NCBI GenBank assembly: GCA_964014485.1
Contig: CAXHAT010000207.1
Coordinates: 1-13,604 of the forward strand
Direction: 5' to 3'
From: an uncultured Deferribacteres bacterium
GTDB taxonomy: Bacteria > Zhuqueibacterota > Zhuqueibacteria > Zhuqueibacterales > Geothermadaptataceae
Length of the DNA stretch: 13,604 bases
This document shows, piece after piece, positions 7,701 through 13,604 of this stretch (its first letter is position 1; every line of letters begins with the position of its first letter). Under the pieces are notes generated by a model. It did no database searches and was not told the origin of the DNA. It saw only the letters and a list, made by a program, of their open reading frames with translations. The position numbers and the translations under genes are program-made.

Positions 7701-8739
7701 CCCCGGTCTCTCCATCGATCTCGGCGACGACCGCGAGATTTTCGAGGGCGCGGACGTGCTGCTCGGCGAATCGCTCACCGTCACCGGCGGAACCGGCGAC
7801 CTGAGCTACGCCTGGACGCCAACCGACGGCCTCGACGACCCAACCAGCGCCAATCCCTTCGTCACTCCCGCCGCGACGACGACCTACACGCTGGAAGTCA
7901 CCGACGAGAACGGCTGCGTGGCGGTTGATGAGATCATCGTCACTGTTAAAACCAATGCTGATGTGATCACAGATCAATGCGTGGAAATTCAAGCTTTGAT
8001 CGATGATCCTGAAACGCCGGAAGATGCGCTTGAATATTTGGAAAAAGCGAAAGAAGCTTTGGAAGGTGCTCTCGGCGCAGCAGATGACGATGAAATCGAA
8101 GATATGTTCGGAGAACTGAGAGATGCGGCTGAAGAACTGGAAGAAGCACGGGACGAACATGCCGAAACCGATGCGATAGCGAGCATACTGGCCGATCTTG
8201 CCAAACACATTGCTTTAGAAAAGCGGGACGAAATCTTTGTTTGTAATCCGAACCCATCCGGTAATTTAGCAAATGGTCTTACTGACGGCGATAATGATAT
8301 AACCGAAGGAGACGATGAATACAGTAGGGCATATTTCGGTGATGCAATCAAGGAATACGAACAAGCTTGGGAAGATTATCGAGACGCGATTGATGATCAC
8401 TGTGATGAATTGGCAAAAGTCACAATTCTGGGAGTGGCAGAAATCGAAGCCGAGCTTCCAACGCAATTCACCCTGCATCAGAACTATCCCAACCCCTTCA
8501 ACCCGAGCACGACGATTCGGTTCGATCTGCCGGAGGCGGAGGCGGTTTCGCTGAAGATTTTCAACAGCGTCGGGCGGTTGGTGCGCACGCTGGCGACGGG
8601 AGATTATACCGCGGGCGCGTACAAAATCGTTTGGGACGCACGGAATGACGCCGGTCAACGTGTTTCGAGCGGCGTTTTTATGTATGAATTACGAGCCGGG
8701 TCGTTTGTCGCGCAGCGCAAGCTTTTGTTGATGAAATGA
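4774..8739 (+). CDS. Large secreted/surface protein (1321 aa): beta-rich N-domain, FN3-like domain, 8 Ig/PKD-like repeats, acidic helical module, T9SS-like (FlgD-Ig) C-terminal domain
   Basis: RBS aggggga. Signal peptide ending AAMA-Q. FN3-like LAWTTATETDNQGFHLYRS domain at about 5599-5900, repeats at 5920-7950, and CTD LPTQFTLHQNYPNPFNPSTTIRF...WDARNDAGQRVSSGVFMYELRAG...KLLLMK at 8455-8739. Confidence 0.92.
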   Translation: MQIIQKNNGRPLPVLLSFLLLIALPLAAMAQVSLVIESGGALEVNGGMKIELGGDWSSNGTFEAGDGTVVFNGSGQQTISNTSPTAFNNLTVDKAGGDLVAASDFTVGGALTVTQGDLDLNGQIITLDADALLSETAGNTIKGATGYLTTTRTLGALTAENVGGLGAELTTSVSLGETEIRRGHGEQIGNGNESALRYFDILPTTNSGLNATLVFHYDESELNGHAESSFALYRSSNDGASWTQEGGTRDEIGNTVTLAGIDAFSRWTVSAEDLEPSAEISSFTGTVTTACTIELAWTTATETDNQGFHLYRSATETGTYAKITATLIPGQGTSTTPHDYTYVDPNVAPGDTWWYKLASVDLDNNEGLTGPISVEISADAFPLPTATVSGGGEICPGGTATISAALTGTGPWNLTWSDGFVQNGVSASPAMRDVSPAATTTFSVTSVTDATNCSNGGTGDATVTVDDLPMATVSGDASICTGSSATISVALTGTGPWDLVWSDGFAQNGVTASPATREVSPTENTTYEITSVTDANTCANSGTGSAAIMVVENPTVAEAGPDQEFCGSTVTLAANAPSVGTGAWSEVSGDGNGSFANAAHPTTQFTGTQGVTYTLRWTISNSPCADSQDEVEINLIPEVTTADAGDDQAVCGVSTDLAANTPSEGTGAWSEVSGDGIGSFSDVNDPSAEFTGTQGVVYTLRWTVSAPNCPDSEDDVEIDLRLDPTTAEAGPDQEFCGSTVTLAGNAPSVGTGAWSEVSGDGNGSFANAADPATQFTGTQGVNYVLRWTISNAPCTDSQDEVAVNLLFAPTPANAGADQALCGASTTLAANAPTAGTGSWSEISGDNNGVFSNAADPNATFSGTTDVTYTLRWTISAPGCPSSTDDVEIHFAAEPTEAAAGADVNICADEATLAANAPTVGQGTWSESSGDGSGNFADPNDPETTFTGTFGVLYTLRWTISNPPCADSRDEITVMIFPGLSIDLGDDREIFEGADVLLGESLTVTGGTGDLSYAWTPTDGLDDPTSANPFVTPAATTTYTLEVTDENGCVAVDEIIVTVKTNADVITDQCVEIQALIDDPETPEDALEYLEKAKEALEGALGAADDDEIEDMFGELRDAAEELEEARDEHAETDAIASILADLAKHIALEKRDEIFVCNPNPSGNLANGLTDGDNDITEGDDEYSRAYFGDAIKEYEQAWEDYRDAIDDHCDELAKVTILGVAEIEAELPTQFTLHQNYPNPFNPSTTIRFDLPEAEAVSLKIFNSVGRLVRTLATGDYTAGAYKIVWDARNDAGQRVSSGVFMYELRAGSFVAQRKLLLMK
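5920..7950 (+). repeat. Intragenic tandem domain repeats, ~255 nt (85 aa) period
   Basis: Two type-A units (LPxATVSG..IC..TGTGPWxLxWSDGF, starts 5920 and 6175), five type-B units (AxAGxD..C..LAxN.P..GxGxWSExSGD..YxLRWTxS..C, from 6433) and one type-C unit (DLGDD..YAWTP..TTTYTLEVTDENGC). Confidence 0.9.
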
Positions 8740-8795
8740 GCTTTACCGTCGGTTATCAGCTTGTTTTGGGGCGTGATTAATTTGAGGATCACGAG

Positions 8796-8829
8796 AAAGC
8801 GCGGCTCGGTTTTGGGCCGCGCTTTTTTT
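8796..8829 (+). terminator. Rho-independent terminator
   Basis: aaaGCGCGGCTC-ggtttt-GGGCCGCGC-TTTTTTT: 9-bp GC stem (one G-T pair) plus 7 T, lying between two convergent genes. Confidence 0.85.
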
Positions 8830-8890
8830 ATGTCAATTCTTGCGGAGCGAGTTAGGCGGCTTGCGGGAAGGCCAGGCTGATTCGGGGCGG

Positions 8891-9175
8891 TCAGATTTTT
8901 CCTTCATACAAATCCGCTATGGGGAAGCACATTTCGTAATCGTTCCAGTTCAGGTTGCCGTAAAGAATGCGAAACTTTCGGAATTCGTTCACATCGCGGT
9001 ATTTTCTGAAGAGCGGGTGGCGCGCCTTGTCAATAAATGGTTTGAAGTCTACGATTGTTTCAACGCCGTCACTAAACCATAAATGCAAACGCAATTGGTC
9101 TTTGTATTCCGCTTTGACGATTTCGATCAAATCCGTATCGCCATTCGAAATTTCTGAAATCCTGATGTTTTTCAT
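8891..9175 (-). CDS. DUF2442 domain protein (DhiA-like putative antitoxin)
   Basis: 94 aa, intact: IVKAEY...RLHLWFSDG...VDF...F..F.I.YGNLNW.DYEMCFP..DLY. ATGA overlap with the upstream DUF4160 gene. Confidence 0.85.
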   Translation of the reverse strand: MKNIRISEISNGDTDLIEIVKAEYKDQLRLHLWFSDGVETIVDFKPFIDKARHPLFRKYRDVNEFRKFRILYGNLNWNDYEMCFPIADLYEGKI

Positions 9176-9478
9176 TTGAGTCTTCGGTCGATCGTTTGAG
9201 ACTTTATTTTTTTGCCGAGAACAAAGAAGTCAATCCATCTTTGAACGATTTCGTCGGCGTGAAGCGTTACCAGTTTCTTGAAATTATCGAGTTGTTTTCG
9301 TGGTAATTTTTCTCTGCCGCGAACCGGCTTGAACACAATTTCGATGATCTCGCCTTCTTCGATAACAAACTCCGCTTTCATTTCACAGTCCTGAAAACGC
9401 CCATGCACATGGACCGGCTCATGTTCATTGGCGAAGAAGAAAACCACCAAGCCAAAGTATTCATATCAGTTTTGGCAT
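9172..9478 (-). pseudogene. DUF4160 domain protein (DhiT-like putative toxin) with +1 frameshift after codon 4
   Basis: ATG CCA AAA CTG [A at 9466] TAT GAA TAC TTT GGC TTG. Removing one A gives MPKLYEYFGLVVFFFANEHEPVHVHG, the typical DUF4160 N-terminus. As sequenced, the ATG frame stops after 5 codons (MPKLI*). Confidence 0.8.
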
Positions 9479-9523
9479 ATTTATTCTTCGTCTTGTGTGT
9501 ATTTCTCTAATCATCATTTGAAA

Positions 9524-9552
9524 AATGTAGTCGATCAACGCTCTAAAATCAA
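9524..9552 (-). promoter_or_regulatory. Putative sigma70 promoter for DUF4160/DUF2442
   Basis: TTGATT (9552-9547), 17-nt spacer, TACATT (9529-9524), in AT-rich DNA upstream of ATG 9478. Confidence 0.4.
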
Positions 9553-9600
9553 ATTATTTCTTAAAGTGAAATTTGCGGCGTATCAGGTCATTGCAATGAG

Positions 9601-9812
9601 TTGTCGAAAGCGGAAGCGGTAATGCTGACGATTTTTAACAGCGCCGGGCGGCTAGCGCCACGCTGGCGGCGGGGGATTATGCCGCGGGCGCGTACAAAAT
9701 CGTTTGGGACGCGCGGAATGACGCCGGTCAACGTGTTTCGAGCGGCGTTTTTATGTATGAATTACGCGCCGGGTCGTTCGTGGCGCAGCGGAAATTATTG
9801 TTGATGAAGTGA
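9601..9812 (+). pseudogene. Orphan T9SS-like CTD fragment, direct repeat of 8527-8739
   Basis: Manual alignment gives 26 substitutions plus a 1-nt deletion (at 9658-9659) over 213 nt, about 87% identity. Restored frame: LSKAEAVMLTIFNSAGRLA.TLAAGDYAAGAYKIVWDARNDAGQRVSSGVFMYELRAGSFVAQRKLLLMK*. Confidence 0.9.
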
Positions 9813-9876
9813 GTCTGTCGGCAGTTAACCGTGAGCTGTAAATAGTAGTTTTTTTGGGAGCGATTTATAGATCATG

Positions 9877-9914
9877 AAAAGCACGGCTCGGTTTTGTACG
9901 GGGCGCGCTTTTTT
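9877..9914 (+). terminator. Degenerate copy of the 8796-8829 terminator
   Basis: aaaagcacggctcggttttg-tacg-gggcgcgctttttt versus aaagcgcggctcggttttg-ggccgcgcttttttt. Also positioned to terminate the convergent PQQ-like gene. Confidence 0.6.
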
Positions 9915-9937
9915 GTCTATATTCTGGCCGTCGAATC

Positions 9938-11413
9938 TTATCCTTTTGTCTTACCAACGTCTCTTATTGAATACAATTTGCCCTGAGTCCGAATGAGCAA
10001 ACGATCTCCTGAGATCGCCGGGGTTGCTTGGGTAAATTCGTCGAGGCTATTGGTTCCAAGCAATTCGAATTCCGGGCCGGCTTTGATGACAAAGGTTTCG
10101 CCTTCTTCATTGATGACGAAAATTTTGTCGTCGTAAGCCCACGGGGAGGCAGTGAAGTTTTTCGCCCGTTTGTGAATTCTTGTGCGGTACAATCGTTCGC
10201 CGGTTTTGGGATCGAATTTGGCAAAAATCCCCGAATCACTGAGACTGTACAGTCCCCCTTTGTAGAGCACCGGCGTAGGCAAGTATGTGCCGCCCGCAAC
10301 CCGTTCATACCAAGCGACGAATTCATTGGAAGTCGCGCTGTCCGGCGGCGTAATGTCTCCCGAACCGCCAGAGCGGATGGCAGTGATCGGCTTGTTCTGC
10401 TCGCGACTCACGCCTGAGGTCACGTACAGCAGACCGTCACGGGCGAACGGACTTTGGATGGCCATGCTGGCAAACCGTGACATGCGCCACAATTCTGCGC
10501 CGTCCAAATCGTAGCTAATGACCCAGCCGGGACCGTGGGTGACAATCTCCGTGCGAAGATCGTTTTTCCAGACAAACGGCGTTGCCCAACCAGACTTGAT
10601 TCTGGCGTTGCCAAGCCCTTCTCTTGGCGTGCGCCAGAGTTGTTCGCCAGTGTTTTTGTCGTAGGCGGCGATGAAGCTGTTTTCTTCATTGTCGTTAAGG
10701 ATAAACAGCTTGTCGCCGTGTAAAGCCGGTGAAGCGCCGCCGCCGAAGTCGAGATAGACTTTGTGCGGCTCAAGCTGCGTTTTCCAGAGTTGATTGCCCT
10801 TGAAATCAAAAGCATAAAGTCCCTGAAACGCGACATAAACATAAATTGCCCTGCCATCAGTGATCGGCGTTTCGGATGTGTAGCTATTCTTGCGGTGCCG
10901 TCCGACCGGCGGCGATCCTTCAAAAAATTGCGTTTTCCAGACAAGCTTCCCGTTTTCCAAATGGTAGCAGAAAAGCCAGTATGTGAGCTCGATTTCGTCG
11001 GGCAGTTCGTTTTCTCTCTCCGTGACCTTTCTCATCAACTCTTCCCCTTTCACGCCCTGCGCCTGAAGTTCGGCAACATATTCGTTGGAGAAATCAACGC
11101 CCAGCGAGGGCTTTTTCATCGCCTTGTCGCTCATGGTTGAAGTCACGAAAACTTTGCCGCCCCAGACTATGGGCGATGACCAGCCAAGCCCCGGGACTTC
11201 AGCGACCCATTCGACGTTTTCAGTGGATGACCATCTGTTCGGCAAATGATGATTATCGCTGACGGGAATTGCATTTGGCCCGCGAAATTGCGGCCAGTTT
11301 TCTGGAGAGAGCGCCATGTTCTGGCCGTGAACTGCACTTGTGACTAGGCTCAAAAAGATTATTTTGAGTAGGAAAACAAAGAGAAACGAATGTCTGGATT
11401 TTGGGGAAATCAT
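9938..11413 (-). CDS. PQQ-binding-like beta-propeller repeat protein (BamB-like PQQ_2 family), secreted
   Basis: Likely start ATG 11413 (agagg RBS, 19 nt after the mutM stop). Signal peptide, then ENWPQFRGP...EWVAEVPGLGWSSPIVWGGKVFVT, and repeated AFDFKGNQLW / AYDKNTGEQLW / SYDLDGAELW blade motifs. Confidence 0.88.
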   Translation of the reverse strand: MISPKSRHSFLFVFLLKIIFLSLVTSAVHGQNMALSPENWPQFRGPNAIPVSDNHHLPNRWSSTENVEWVAEVPGLGWSSPIVWGGKVFVTSTMSDKAMKKPSLGVDFSNEYVAELQAQGVKGEELMRKVTERENELPDEIELTYWLFCYHLENGKLVWKTQFFEGSPPVGRHRKNSYTSETPITDGRAIYVYVAFQGLYAFDFKGNQLWKTQLEPHKVYLDFGGGASPALHGDKLFILNDNEENSFIAAYDKNTGEQLWRTPREGLGNARIKSGWATPFVWKNDLRTEIVTHGPGWVISYDLDGAELWRMSRFASMAIQSPFARDGLLYVTSGVSREQNKPITAIRSGGSGDITPPDSATSNEFVAWYERVAGGTYLPTPVLYKGGLYSLSDSGIFAKFDPKTGERLYRTRIHKRAKNFTASPWAYDDKIFVINEEGETFVIKAGPEFELLGTNSLDEFTQATPAISGDRLLIRTQGKLYSIRDVGKTKG

Positions 11414-11432
11414 AAGGTGTGGCCTCTTTAAT

Positions 11433-12260
11433 TCACTGTGTTTGGCAAGTCGGGCAGTAAAACGAACTGCGTCCGGTTTGGACCATGCGTTCAATCGGTG
11501 CTTGACAATTCGGGCAAGGCTCGCCTTCTCTGCCATAGACGGCAAGGGTCAGTTGAAAATAGCCGGTTTCACCCTTGCTGTCAACAAAATCATTCAGTGT
11601 CGTACCGCCTTTTTCGATCGCGCTCTGCAGTACGGCGCGGATTTCGTCGAACAGTTTCGTCCATTGCTTTTTGGAAAGTTTGTTGGCAGGCGTTTTCGGA
11701 TGGATTCGAGCGTAGAAAAGCGCCTCACTAGCGTAAATGTTTCCAACGCCGACCAAAAACGACGCGTCCATCAGCAGGTTTTTAATCGGACGTTTGAGCT
11801 TGGAAGCTTTTTCGTAGAGTGATGCTGCGCTCGTAGCATCCGCCAAAGGCTCCGGCCCAAGATGTGCAAATCTCGCGTATGTTTCGAGTTTTGTTGCTTC
11901 GACAATTTCAACCATGCCGAATTTTCGCGGATCGCGAAAGCGCATTTCAACGCCGTCCGTGAAAAAGAAACGCAAGTGATCGTGTTTCTGGGGCGCTTGC
12001 TGTTGCGTTTTAATCAACAAATTGCCGGTCATGCCGAGGTGAACGATAACGACCCAATCGTTAGATAAATGAATACACAGATATTTAGCGCGCCGACCGA
12101 TTTTTACAATCGTTCCGCCTTTTGTACGCATCGTCAGAAGTTTTTTGTCGACAGGCCAGCGCAATTTGATTTGGCGGACTTCAAGACGTTCAATGGTTTT
12201 TCCAACGATATTTTTCTCCAGCCCCCGTTTGACGGTTTCGACTTCGGGCAGTTCCGGCAT
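11433..12260 (-). CDS. mutM: Formamidopyrimidine-DNA glycosylase / AP lyase (Fpg)
   Basis: MPELPEVETV start with AGGAG RBS. Motifs RRAKYL, HLGMTG, DPRKFG, H2TH GVGNIYASEALF, and C-terminal zinc finger CPNC...CPTCQ. Confidence 0.97.
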   Translation of the reverse strand: MPELPEVETVKRGLEKNIVGKTIERLEVRQIKLRWPVDKKLLTMRTKGGTIVKIGRRAKYLCIHLSNDWVVIVHLGMTGNLLIKTQQQAPQKHDHLRFFFTDGVEMRFRDPRKFGMVEIVEATKLETYARFAHLGPEPLADATSAASLYEKASKLKRPIKNLLMDASFLVGVGNIYASEALFYARIHPKTPANKLSKKQWTKLFDEIRAVLQSAIEKGGTTLNDFVDSKGETGYFQLTLAVYGREGEPCPNCQAPIERMVQTGRSSFYCPTCQTQ

Positions 12261-12514
12261 TAGGTCTCCTTGAAAATAATTATTGGGCGTTTGTAGTCTC
12301 GATCTATCATTACATTCAGGGCAGATAATGATTTGCACGAATTAATGATGGGGCAATAAACTCTTTGGTGTGCATATTTTCAAGCAAAAGGCGGTAGTTG
12401 TATTTTGCAAGAAGCGTCATCATCGTTTGTTGTTGATGGGCGATTAGTTTTCTGAGTTTTTGATAATTTTCTTGGCTCTATATGAATTTGTGTGGGTAAC
12501 GTTATTCGTTTTGT

Positions 12515-12563
12515 ATTTTTTTGAAAAAACAGTTTGACATTAAGGTGTAAAGTTGGTTATAAT
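12515..12563 (+). promoter_or_regulatory. rRNA operon promoter
   Basis: AT-rich UP-like tract, TTGACA (12534-12539), 18-nt spacer, TATAAT (12558-12563), followed by a GC-rich discriminator. Confidence 0.85.
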
Positions 12564-12568
12564 TGTGG

Positions 12569-12597
12569 CCGCAATTTTTGCGGATTGTTCTTTGTAA
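12569..12597 (+). promoter_or_regulatory. rrn antitermination boxB-like hairpin and boxA
   Basis: CCGCAA-ttt-TTGCGG hairpin (12569-12583), then TGTTCTTTGTAA (12586-12597), similar to boxA TGCTCTTTAACA. Confidence 0.65.
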
Positions 12598-12653
12598 ATT
12601 GAAGCGTGCGATAGTGATTTCTTGAGTTTTTTTATTTGAGAATAAGAGATTAA

Positions 12654-13604
<951 letters not shown>

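Noticed and set aside
5920..7950. CRISPR array
   Set aside because: The repeats are ~255-nt in-frame protein domains, not short repeats with unique spacers.
4849..8658. Long antisense ORFs (4849-5787, 5796-6347, 7243-8208 and others)
   Set aside because: Shadow ORFs of a GC-rich coding strand with no recognisable motifs.
8851..8857. Integron attC core site (GTTAGGC/GCCTAAC) downstream of DUF2442
   Set aside because: No complementary partner box or bulged attC hairpin at a suitable distance, and no integrase.
8527..9812. Diversity-generating retroelement VR/TR pair
   Set aside because: Mismatches are not adenine-specific overall (A in 7 of 26 on the gene side and 8 of 26 on the copy side). 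Five consecutive central mismatches do fall on A, but in the coding copy, which is the wrong polarity. Many changes are synonymous, and no reverse transcriptase is in the window.
11414..11545. Extended N-terminus of the PQQ-like ORF (start 11545), and likewise of mutM (12338)
   Set aside because: The 11545 start overlaps mutM, whereas ATG 11413 has an RBS and a signal peptide. Fpg requires the catalytic Pro directly after the initiator Met at 12260.

Overview
Bacterial chromosomal window. The NYPNPFNP/FlgD-Ig type C-terminal sorting domains (CTDs) suggest an FCB-superphylum-related lineage such as KSB1 or Calditrichota; this is an inference. Left to right: a REP-like hairpin cluster; a truncated hicA; a decayed HNH nuclease gene and its intact small partner (minus strand); an orphan, frameshifted T9SS-like CTD remnant; a membrane-anchored SGNH/GDSL hydrolase; a two-gene operon encoding a signal-peptide-bearing phage-fiber-like protein with a peptidase S74 chaperone and a 1321-aa Ig-repeat surface protein ending in a CTD; a terminator; a DUF4160/DUF2442 toxin-antitoxin (TA) pair with a frameshifted DUF4160; a second orphan CTD plus terminator, about 87% identical to the 3' end of the large gene; a PQQ-like beta-propeller gene; mutM; and, divergently, an rrn promoter with the first ~950 nt of 16S rRNA. 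The main unexplained pattern occurs twice: a minus-strand TA module sits back-to-back with a headless CTD fragment. In the case that is fully visible, the TA pair is bracketed by direct repeats of CTD plus terminator, suggesting the multicopy CTD sequence acts as a recombination landing pad for cassettes. All three putative toxin genes are broken, while the two partner genes present are intact.
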